A stretch of DNA of 64,000 bases from Spirochaetota bacterium (GTDB lineage Bacteria; Spirochaetota; UBA12135; COTS27; CBDBHE01), in contig CBDBHE010000002.1 in assembly GCA_965205605.1 (NCBI GenBank), positions 1-64,000 on the forward strand, read 5' to 3'. The translations under genes were made by a program, and so were the position numbers. Shown here in pieces: positions 37,435 through 46,105 of this stretch (position 1 is the first letter of the stretch; the number at the start of each line of letters is the position of its first letter). The notes below the pieces were generated by a model. It was not told the DNA's origin and made no database searches. It was given only the letters and a program-made list of their open reading frames with translations.

Positions 37435-37995
37435 ATGAATGTAAAACTTATTGTTGGTTGTGGTAATCCAGGAATAGAGTACACAGATACAAGACATAAT
37501 CTTGGTTTTAAATGTATCGATTTTATTTCGAATACTTTTAAAATCCCTCTTAATATAGAGAAAAAAAAAGCTATTTTTGGAAAAAAAAATATTACTAAAA
37601 GTCAATCTGTTGTTTTACTTAATCCTCAAACTTTTAGCGTCCATATTGGAGAAGCCGTTCTTTACATTGCTTCTTTTTTAAAAGTTCAAATTAAAGATAT
37701 TTTTGTTATTTTCGATGATATCCACTCTTCTTTTGGTCAAATAGGGCTCTTTGAAACTTCAGAATCTTTTGTTCATAGTGCCATTAAAAGTCTTAACGAA
37801 TCTCTTATTAGTGATGACTTTATAAAATGCGCTGTTGGTATTGGTCCTTTACCAGAAGGTAAACTAGAAGAAGATTTTTACTTAGAGTCTTTTTCAGAAA
37901 GTGAAGAAGCTTTAAAAAAAATTTACCAAAAAGTGTACCAAAAAGCTTTGGATTTTATTAATATTAATCCTTTAGAGAGTTCTAATAAGTTATGA
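37435..37995 (+). CDS. pth: Peptidyl-tRNA hydrolase family protein (divergent active site)
   Basis: LIVG.GNPG..Y..TRHNLGF, PQTF, FDD, GIG; canonical position after rplY. Confidence 0.8.
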   Translation: MNVKLIVGCGNPGIEYTDTRHNLGFKCIDFISNTFKIPLNIEKKKAIFGKKNITKSQSVVLLNPQTFSVHIGEAVLYIASFLKVQIKDIFVIFDDIHSSFGQIGLFETSESFVHSAIKSLNESLISDDFIKCAVGIGPLPEGKLEEDFYLESFSESEEALKKIYQKVYQKALDFININPLESSNKL

Positions 37996-38023
37996 TGTTG
38001 TTTGATCATTTTAAGCTTAAAGA

Positions 38024-39418
38024 ATGAGCTTAGAAGATCTTTTCTTTACTAAAATTAAAAAAAATTTAGAAAAACATTCTTATTTTCTACAAAATAAAAA
38101 ACTTCTTTTACTCGTTTCAGGAGGGGCTGACTCTGTTTTCTTAACTTATTTTATTTGTTCTTATATAAAACCTGAAAACATTCATGTCCTCCATATTAAT
38201 TATGCCCTTAGGGGCAAAGCTTCTTTTAAAGAACAATCTTTTGTTCAAAATCTTTGCGATTTTTTTAAAATTAAAAATCATTCTTTTTTATATCCTTTAG
38301 ATAAAAAAAAAAATATTCAATTTTTTGCAAGAAACTATCGTTATCAAGTAGCTCATCAACTTAAAGAAAAATATCACTTAGATTATATTTTAATTGCTCA
38401 CCATCAAGATGATGTCGTAGAAACTTTTTTTATTAAGCTTCTACAAAAAGCTGGTCTTAAAGGGCTGACTTCATTTGACTTGTCTACAGATTGTTTGCTT
38501 AGGCCTCTTTTGATTATTACTAAAAGTGAAATCCTTCATTATCTTAAAATGAAGAAAATCTCTTATAAAACAGATCATTCCAATAAAAAAAATAAATTTT
38601 TAAGAAACTTTTTAAGAAATAAAATTTTTTCTATTCTGGATAACCATTTAACTCATTGGAGAGAAAGTTTTTTAGCTTCTAAGCAATCTTTAAAAGAATC
38701 TTTATTTCTCATTAATCATTTTCTTTCTTTTTTTTTTACTTATAACAATAAGGAAAAAAATTTGTTTTTTCATAAACAATTTTTTACTTTATCTACTTTA
38801 ATTCAAACCACATTATTAAAGCACGCTTTTGGTGCTTTTTTTAAAAAAAAACATTTTTCAAAAAAAGAAATTGCTGCCATTTTAGAAAAAATAAAAAAAC
38901 CAGGTGAAAAAAAATTGTTTTCTATTAACAATCTTTTTTATGCTTATTCAACAGGAACTCTTTACCCTACAAAAGACGAAATTTTAATTTCAAAAAAAAT
39001 TATTTTAAACAAACAACAAATTTTTAATTCTAAAAAAATTATTTTAAAATCAATAAAAGATTCTTTAAATCTTAAAAAAACCATTACTTTCTCCCTACCT
39101 TATTTTACAAATTTTGTTTTATTAAGAAGCAAAAATAAAGGAGAAAAAATTTGTCTAAATAAAAAATCAAATCGTACTACTTCTTTAAAAAAAATGTTTA
39201 TTAATCAAAAAATACCCAAATGGTTTAGGGATTTTACTTGGGTTATTGAAAGCGAACGTAAGGAAATTATTGGTTTTTTTATTCCTTTGTGGAAAGAAAA
39301 AGACTTATTAGTTAAAATGCAATGGATGAAAGAAGATTCTCTTATTTGGATTGTCGATCAGTTTTCTAAGACTAAAAATACTTATAAATACCTTCTTTAT
39401 ATTGACTCTATAGATTAA
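38024..39418 (+). CDS. tilS: tRNA(Ile)-lysidine synthetase
   Basis: SGGADS, HINY.LRG, AR..RY, AHHQDD.VETF, RPLL, D.SN......RN.LR. Confidence 0.93.
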   Translation: MSLEDLFFTKIKKNLEKHSYFLQNKKLLLLVSGGADSVFLTYFICSYIKPENIHVLHINYALRGKASFKEQSFVQNLCDFFKIKNHSFLYPLDKKKNIQFFARNYRYQVAHQLKEKYHLDYILIAHHQDDVVETFFIKLLQKAGLKGLTSFDLSTDCLLRPLLIITKSEILHYLKMKKISYKTDHSNKKNKFLRNFLRNKIFSILDNHLTHWRESFLASKQSLKESLFLINHFLSFFFTYNNKEKNLFFHKQFFTLSTLIQTTLLKHAFGAFFKKKHFSKKEIAAILEKIKKPGEKKLFSINNLFYAYSTGTLYPTKDEILISKKIILNKQQIFNSKKIILKSIKDSLNLKKTITFSLPYFTNFVLLRSKNKGEKICLNKKSNRTTSLKKMFINQKIPKWFRDFTWVIESERKEIIGFFIPLWKEKDLLVKMQWMKEDSLIWIVDQFSKTKNTYKYLLYIDSID

Positions 39419-39470
39419 ATTTAAGGATATACTTTTATTTCACAGGAGGTTGTAAAGCAACAAACGGTAA

Positions 39471-42400
39471 ATGAATTTTTTGAAATTTAAACTTTTTTTT
39501 ACTCTTTCTTTAGCTTTTAAAATTTTTTTGAAATGGGGATGGGTAATGGGCCTGTTTCATTTTTTTTATGTTACTTTAAATCTTTCTGAGAAGCTTCCTT
39601 TATCAGTAGAAAAAAAAATTCTTTTTTTCTACCCTACCATTTTATTTTATTTTGTGAGTCTTTTTTTAATTAAAGCAATAAAGGCTTTGAGTCATTTTGA
39701 AGTCTTACTTGAAAACACTTTCGATCTTGATTTTCAACTTATCAACTTAAAGAATGCTTCTAGAAAAAAACACCTAAAGCCTCTTTATGATAACGAAGTC
39801 AATCGCCTATTAACTTCTTTTTCTCCTAAAGTTTTTTTTACAAAAAATACCCTAAGAGACTCTAAGGCAACTTTTATAGTTTTAGGACTTGTTTTTTTAT
39901 TTCATTTGTCTTTTCTTGATTCTCACAATCGTTTTGTAAATAATGTAAAAAGCATTCTTTTATTTCCTTCAACAGATATTTTTTTAAGTTACCCCAAAGC
40001 CATTAAAGAAAATGAAACTTTCTCTTTTTCTTTTTCAGGTAATTTTCAAAAAGGAATTCTTTTTCTTAATTCAGGTGAAAAAATAATCAAAAAGTCCCTT
40101 GATAAAAATGAAGTGTTTGCTATTTCTAACGTGACATCTAAAATAAATGGAAAGATTACTTTTCGTAAAGGACGTTTTTATAAAACAGAGGCAGTTAATG
40201 TAAATCTTTTACAAAAGCCTGTCATTAATTCTGTTGTTTTTAAAATTAAAAATCCTTTTGAAGATAAACCAACTTATTATGAAGGGATTTTAAGAGTTGA
40301 TGTCTATCAGCAATCTCAGGGCAAGCTTACTTTAAGCATTCAAAAAAATCAGGTCATTAAACAAGTTTGGCTTAATAAAAGATTGCTTTCTAACCAAGAA
40401 ATCAAAATTAATAAAAATAAGCTTTATTTTTATTTTAAAACTCCAGTTGCCCCTAAGTGGGAGCTTCGTCTTTTAAATCAACATGACCTCATTTCAGATC
40501 CTTTTTCATTAAAGCTAACAACGATTTTCAATAAATCACCAGAAGTTTTTATCTTAAGTCCAACTAACAACCTTATCGTAACCAATTATAAAGTTTCTAT
40601 TAGTTACTTGGCTCGAGATAATATTTTTTTAAAAAAAGTTACCTTATATTTACAAAATCCAGAAACTTACAAAGAGTTTTCGATTAAAAATCAAAAAGTC
40701 ATTTTTTTAAATCAAACTAAAAAACCAATTTATCAAATTGAAAAAAAAGTAATCCTCCCTTTAGATGCTTACTTTAAATCTGAAACAGATATTTTAAATT
40801 ATTATTTAGTCGCAGAAGATTTTTATGGCCTTAAATCTGCTTCTAAAACCAATACTTTAAAACAAAAAAATATCTTGGACACTTTAGTAGAAAACAAGCA
40901 ACATCAAGAAAATATTAAAGCAGAATTGACTCAAACTTTAAACAAACTAAAAGATTTAAGCCAAGATTATCAAGCACTTAAAATATTAAAAGAGCAAGGT
41001 CTTTTAAAAAAAGAATCTATTCATCATTATCAAAAAAAAGCAGAAGAAATTAAAGATGCTCTTAAAACTGTTTCAAAAAAACTTTCTGATTTTTTAGATC
41101 AAGATAACAAAAAAGACACCAAGTTATTTTCAAAAACTATTAGAGATAAAATTGCTTTTATTAAAAAAGAAATCGATCAAATTAATAAAGATTTTTTAGA
41201 ACAATTTTTAAAAAAAATGAAAAAAAACCTATTTGAAAAAAATTTTTCAGCAAAAGACTTTGAAAATTATTCAAATCAACTTAACCCAAAAGAGTTTGAA
41301 AAGCGTCTTGATACGTTGCTCAATGCTATTAAACAATTAAAAAAAAAAAGTCAAGCTGAAGCCCTTTCAAAATTAGCAGAAGATATTTATGATCACTTTG
41401 AGGACCTCCGTTTTTTTGATCTTTCTCCTCCGGGAATTAGAAAAGAAGTTTTAAAAAAAGAGCTTAATAGCATTACTATTAAATTAATAAAACTACAAAA
41501 TGATTTCGAAGCTTTTGATAAAGAATATCAAATTAAAAATGCCGATTCTTTAGAAGTTGTTTTAAAAGTACGTTCTTTTTTTAAATCTGATTTTAAAACA
41601 AAGATTTTAAACCTAAACGCACTAGCTAATAATAAAAAAGCAGGTATTATTAGTGAAAATCTCAATGATCTTAGAAAACGCTTTGCTTTTTTTCTTAGAG
41701 AACAAACAAATTTAGAATATGATAAAGCTTTTAAGCAAATTGAAGAACAGTTTCAAGGTTTTTTAATTAAAATTTCTTGGATAGAGCGCTTATATAAAGA
41801 AGAAATTGTTGATTTAGAAAACATCAATAAACCTTATCGAGATAGTCTTGTGACTGCTTTTATTTCTGACTATAAGACTCTTACTTTGTTTTATAAAAAT
41901 AAAATTTATCAAAATCTCTCTGGGTATGTAGGGGGAATTTTAAAACTGGTTAAAAAATATGATTACTTAATTAATCGTTTGGAAATTTTTCAAGAAAAAA
42001 TAGACCCGTCTAAACAATTGTTTAATGAAAATCATCACCTTACTATTTCAAAAAAATTCACTCAAATAGAAGAAATATCAAAAATTATTACCGCTGATTT
42101 ACTCACACTAAAGCAAATTCTTTCTAAAAAAAAGCAATTAGAAGAAAGAATGCAAAGCTTAAATCAAGCTGCACATCTTCAAAAAAAACAAGGTCAAAAA
42201 ATAAGTCGTTTGAAAAAGAAAGGGCTTGGAAACAGTCAAAACCTTACAGATGCTCAAAAACAATATTTGAAAAGACTCGCTTTAGAACAAGCTTATATTA
42301 AAAGTCTTTTAAAAAAATACCAAAATCTCCCCTTGTCAAAAAAAAACTCTCCCTCTTCTCAAAACAAACAACGCCTTCAAAAAAAATCTTCTTCTTCTTT

Positions 42401-42755
42401 GAAGCAAAGACAGCATGCTATTAGTAAAGCTATTGCTTTAATGAAAACTTTAGAAGAAGAAATTAAAAAAAAAGAAGAAAAAATCGATTTCGATCGACTT
42501 AAAAATTTGAATGAAAAAATCGAATTTAATTTAAAAAAAGGGAACTTAGGTCTTATCTCTAAAAATAAAATTATTAATAAAAAAGAAAGAAAAGCTGAAA
42601 AAGAACAAGCCCTTTACCAAGGACAACAAAAGTTGATTTCAAAAAAAGATTTGTTTTATAAAAAAAAAATATTGACTAAAAAAAAGGCAAAATTAATTCC
42701 TGCTCGTTATCGAGAAAGAATTGATTTTTTTATTAAGAATTTAGATGAAAATTAA
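39471..42755 (+). CDS. Large membrane-anchored protein with Ig-like and coiled-coil regions (DUF4175-like)
   Basis: Three N-terminal TM segments, beta-rich middle (P.V.I.SP, ARDN, AED..G), helical C-half, C-terminal IPARYRERIDFFIK. Confidence 0.6.
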   Translation: MNFLKFKLFFTLSLAFKIFLKWGWVMGLFHFFYVTLNLSEKLPLSVEKKILFFYPTILFYFVSLFLIKAIKALSHFEVLLENTFDLDFQLINLKNASRKKHLKPLYDNEVNRLLTSFSPKVFFTKNTLRDSKATFIVLGLVFLFHLSFLDSHNRFVNNVKSILLFPSTDIFLSYPKAIKENETFSFSFSGNFQKGILFLNSGEKIIKKSLDKNEVFAISNVTSKINGKITFRKGRFYKTEAVNVNLLQKPVINSVVFKIKNPFEDKPTYYEGILRVDVYQQSQGKLTLSIQKNQVIKQVWLNKRLLSNQEIKINKNKLYFYFKTPVAPKWELRLLNQHDLISDPFSLKLTTIFNKSPEVFILSPTNNLIVTNYKVSISYLARDNIFLKKVTLYLQNPETYKEFSIKNQKVIFLNQTKKPIYQIEKKVILPLDAYFKSETDILNYYLVAEDFYGLKSASKTNTLKQKNILDTLVENKQHQENIKAELTQTLNKLKDLSQDYQALKILKEQGLLKKESIHHYQKKAEEIKDALKTVSKKLSDFLDQDNKKDTKLFSKTIRDKIAFIKKEIDQINKDFLEQFLKKMKKNLFEKNFSAKDFENYSNQLNPKEFEKRLDTLLNAIKQLKKKSQAEALSKLAEDIYDHFEDLRFFDLSPPGIRKEVLKKELNSITIKLIKLQNDFEAFDKEYQIKNADSLEVVLKVRSFFKSDFKTKILNLNALANNKKAGIISENLNDLRKRFAFFLREQTNLEYDKAFKQIEEQFQGFLIKISWIERLYKEEIVDLENINKPYRDSLVTAFISDYKTLTLFYKNKIYQNLSGYVGGILKLVKKYDYLINRLEIFQEKIDPSKQLFNENHHLTISKKFTQIEEISKIITADLLTLKQILSKKKQLEERMQSLNQAAHLQKKQGQKISRLKKKGLGNSQNLTDAQKQYLKRLALEQAYIKSLLKKYQNLPLSKKNSPSSQNKQRLQKKSSSSLKQRQHAISKAIALMKTLEEEIKKKEEKIDFDRLKNLNEKIEFNLKKGNLGLISKNKIINKKERKAEKEQALYQGQQKLISKKDLFYKKKILTKKKAKLIPARYRERIDFFIKNLDEN

Positions 42756-42760
42756 TTTTT

Positions 42761-43549
42761 TTATTTGGTATCGTTTTTTAAAGATAAAGCCACAGGACAG
42801 TGATCAGAGCCCATAATTTTATTTAAAAGGGAGCAGGAATTAATTTTATTTAAAAGAGAGGTATTTGTTAAAAAATAATCAATCCTCCAACCGATATTTT
42901 TTTCTCTAGATTTAAATCGATAGCTCCACCAAGTATAGGCGTCTTTTTCATCTGGTTTAAATTTTCTAAACACATCAATCAAATCATTCTTAGCGGTTAA
43001 AAACTCACCAAAGGCATTTCTTTCGTCAATATGAAAACCGGGGTTCATGGTGTTTCCTTTAGGGTTTTTGATATCAATTTCTTTGTGAGCGACATTAAAA
43101 TCACCACAACAAATAACGGGGTTTTTTTTCTTTAGTGTTTTAATAAAATTTAAAAATTCTTTATTAAATTTAAGTTTGTAATCAAGCCTTTTTAATTCTT
43201 GTTGAGAGTTTGGGAAGTAAACACAGCTTAAATAAAAAGAATCATATTCTAAAGTAATGATTCTTCCCTCGTCATCGTATTTCTTATTCCCTAGTCCTTT
43301 TAAAACACTCAGTGGCTTTAGCTTTGTTAAAATACTAACACCCGAGTACCCTTTTTTTAAAGCAACGTGATGGTACTGATAATATGGTTTTAAGACTTGA
43401 TGTTCATTATAACTTTTTGGAAATTGATTTTCTTGTATTTTTGTTTCTTGAAGACAAAGGATATCAGGGGAAATTTGTTGAATAAAATCATAAAATGTTT
43501 TTTTAATAATAGCTCTAAGACCATTGATATTCCAAGAAATAATTTCCAT
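42761..43549 (-). CDS. xth: Exodeoxyribonuclease III/AP endonuclease
   Basis: SWNINGLRA, CLQETK, KGYSGV, EGR, YFPN, GDFNVAH, YTWWSYR, GWRIDY, SDHCP. Confidence 0.96.
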   Translation of the reverse strand: MEIISWNINGLRAIIKKTFYDFIQQISPDILCLQETKIQENQFPKSYNEHQVLKPYYQYHHVALKKGYSGVSILTKLKPLSVLKGLGNKKYDDEGRIITLEYDSFYLSCVYFPNSQQELKRLDYKLKFNKEFLNFIKTLKKKNPVICCGDFNVAHKEIDIKNPKGNTMNPGFHIDERNAFGEFLTAKNDLIDVFRKFKPDEKDAYTWWSYRFKSREKNIGWRIDYFLTNTSLLNKINSCSLLNKIMGSDHCPVALSLKNDTK

Positions 43550-43556
43550 TAATTTA

Positions 43557-44084
43557 TTATAAAGTAACTTTATTTTGAAATAAGCTTTTGATTTTTTTTA
43601 ACTTGGGTTTGATGGTGATGAGACAATAAGGTTGAGAGTTATTTCTTTTGTAGTATTGTTGATGATAATCTTCTGCAGGGTAAAAATCAGTAAAAGGTTT
43701 AATTTCTGTTATGATAGTTTGAGAGTATTTATTAGCAAGTAATTTTTTTTTGAAGTGAAGAGCGATTTCTTTTTGGGTTTGATGATGATAAAAAATAATC
43801 GAACGATATTGATAACCGACATCATTTCCTTGTTTATTAAGACTTGTTGGATCATGAGAGGCAAAAAAAACTTCTAAAATTTCTTCATAAGAAATTATTT
43901 TTGCATTAAATAAAAAATGAACAACTTCAATATGTTTTGTTTTACCACTACAAACGGCTTTATAATTAGCTTCATTGGCTTTTCCTCCTGAATAGCCAGA
44001 AATTAAGTTTTCAATCCCTTTTAATTGATTAAAGATAGCTTCTAAACACCAAAAGCACCCGCCACCTAAAGTTACTTTTTCCAA
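43557..44084 (-). CDS. msrA: Peptide-methionine (S)-sulfoxide reductase
   Basis: GGGCFWC.E, SGYSGG, HDPT..N.QG.D.G.QYRS, AEDYHQ.Y. Confidence 0.96.
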   Translation of the reverse strand: MEKVTLGGGCFWCLEAIFNQLKGIENLISGYSGGKANEANYKAVCSGKTKHIEVVHFLFNAKIISYEEILEVFFASHDPTSLNKQGNDVGYQYRSIIFYHHQTQKEIALHFKKKLLANKYSQTIITEIKPFTDFYPAEDYHQQYYKRNNSQPYCLITIKPKLKKIKSLFQNKVTL

Positions 44085-44376
44085 TGCATTATTATACTAG
44101 CTTAAAAAAAATTAAAAAGATAGTTTTTTTACCTTCTTCTTGAGCTAGGTAGCTTGGTAGAAGAGGTGATGACATGAACACTTGGTTTTTATTAATAAAA
44201 GAAAAAAAAGCTTAAATAAAGCATTGATTTTAATCAATTTTTTTTTATTTAGCATTTATAGCGTTTTATTTTTAAAAATACTTGAAATATTTTTGTATGT
44301 AATTGTAAACTTTTTTTACTTAACTTGATTTTTTAAGAAAAAGGTATAATTTTTCTATAAAAGGTATGATGTTTTT

Positions 44377-45318
44377 ATGATAGAAATTAAACAAATAAGC
44401 AAAAACTATGGTGAAATTAAGGCCGTTGAGGATCTTAATTTTACAATTGAAAAAGGAGAAGTCCTTGGTCTTTTGGGACCTAATGGAGCGGGGAAGAGTA
44501 CAACGATTCGAATGCTTTGTTGTTATTTAAAACCAACGGAAGGTAATATTATTGTTAATGGCAAAAGTATTTTAGAAAATTCTCAGTTAGTTAAAAAAAT
44601 GATTGGTTATTTACCAGAGTCAGCTCCTCTTTATAGTGATATGATTGTTTATGATTATTTAAATTATATTGCAGAAATTCGAGGGATTGAAAAAGATAAA
44701 AAAGAAAAACGTATTAAAGAGCTTGCAGAAACTTGTGTGATAAAAGAAGTGATGTCCAAAAACATTAGTCAGCTTTCTAAAGGATATAAACAACGAGTTG
44801 GTTTAGCTCATGCTCTTATGGGAGATCCTGAGATTTTAGTTTTAGATGAACCCACTTCTGGGCTTGATCCTAATCAAATTATTGAAATTAGAGAATTAAT
44901 TAAAAAAATAGGAAAAAAGAAAACAGTCATTATTTGTTCTCATATTTTAAGTGAAGTCGAAGCGACTTGTAATCGAGTTGTTATTATTAGTAAAGGAAAA
45001 GTTGTGGCTGATGGGACAACAGAAACACTTAAAAAAGGAAATGTAAAAAGCAAGACTGTTTTATTAGAAATTGCTAAAGAAGGAAATTTAGATGAAAAAC
45101 AAATAGAAAAAAAGATGGCTTCTATAAAAAATGTTTCGAAAGTTAAGACGATGGTTTCTAGTGAAAAAGATGTTTTTAAATATGAAATCAGTTATCAATG
45201 TGAAGCAGATATTAGAAAAGATATTTATCAATTTATTAAGAAAAACAATTGGATACTTTTAACTTTTTATAAGCAAGAAAACACGCTTGAAAGTGTTTTT
45301 AGAAATTTAACCAATTGA
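44377..45318 (+). CDS. ABC transporter ATP-binding protein (GldA-like)
   Basis: GPNGAGKST, GYLPE..PLY, LSKGYKQRVGLA, DEPTSGLDPNQI, LE.VF..LT. Confidence 0.9.
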   Translation: MIEIKQISKNYGEIKAVEDLNFTIEKGEVLGLLGPNGAGKSTTIRMLCCYLKPTEGNIIVNGKSILENSQLVKKMIGYLPESAPLYSDMIVYDYLNYIAEIRGIEKDKKEKRIKELAETCVIKEVMSKNISQLSKGYKQRVGLAHALMGDPEILVLDEPTSGLDPNQIIEIRELIKKIGKKKTVIICSHILSEVEATCNRVVIISKGKVVADGTTETLKKGNVKSKTVLLEIAKEGNLDEKQIEKKMASIKNVSKVKTMVSSEKDVFKYEISYQCEADIRKDIYQFIKKNNWILLTFYKQENTLESVFRNLTN

Positions 45319-45351
45319 ACAAAGGATTAAGCAAGGAGTTTTTATTTTTTT

Positions 45352-46074
45352 ATGGAAAAGTGTTTTTCATTTATAAGGTCAATTTGTAAAAGAGAGTTAA
45401 ACTCTTATTTTTATTCTCCCATTGCTTATGTGGTGATTTCTATTTTTTTAGGGATCATGGGGTGGTTTTTTTTCAATGAGTTTTTTTTAAGAGATGAAGC
45501 GAGTTTAAGATCTTTTTTTGGTCTTTTACCTTGGATTTTTACTTTTATTATTCCAGCAGTTACGATGAGGCTTTATTCTGAAGAAGAGAGTACAGGTTCT
45601 TATGAAATGCTAGTGACGCTTCCAATCAAAGAGGTTGATATTGTTTTAGGGAAATTTTTAGGAGCTTTTATTTTTGTTGGTATTATGATTTCACCTTCTA
45701 TTTTTTATGCTATCATTGTTGAAACTATAGGAGATTTAGATTGGGGACCTGTTATAGGTGGTTTTTTAGGGAGTCTTTTACTTGCTTCTACTTATATTTC
45801 AATCGGTATTTTCACCTCTTCGGTTACAAAAAATCAAATTATTGCTTTTATTCTTAGTGTGTTGTTTTGTTTTATTTTGACGAGTATTGATTCTTTTTTT
45901 GTTTTTTTACCGTCTTCGTTTTTAGGTGTTTTTCAATATATTTCTGCTAGTTATCATTTTCAAAGTGTTGCTAAAGGATTAATTGATACCAGAGATTTTT
46001 TCTATTTTCTTTCTTCTTCTTTTTTATTTTTATTAATGACTCATCAAGTAATGTTGGAAAAATATAGAAAGTGA
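45352..46074 (+). CDS. ABC-2 permease (GldF-like)
   Basis: EL.SYF.SP.AY, PA.TMR..SEE...G..E.L.T.P, T.NQI.AF, G.ID.RD. Confidence 0.88.
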   Translation: MEKCFSFIRSICKRELNSYFYSPIAYVVISIFLGIMGWFFFNEFFLRDEASLRSFFGLLPWIFTFIIPAVTMRLYSEEESTGSYEMLVTLPIKEVDIVLGKFLGAFIFVGIMISPSIFYAIIVETIGDLDWGPVIGGFLGSLLLASTYISIGIFTSSVTKNQIIAFILSVLFCFILTSIDSFFVFLPSSFLGVFQYISASYHFQSVAKGLIDTRDFFYFLSSSFLFLLMTHQVMLEKYRK

Positions 46075-46105
46075 AAACTTTTTAAAATCAAGGTAGGATT
46101 TTTTA

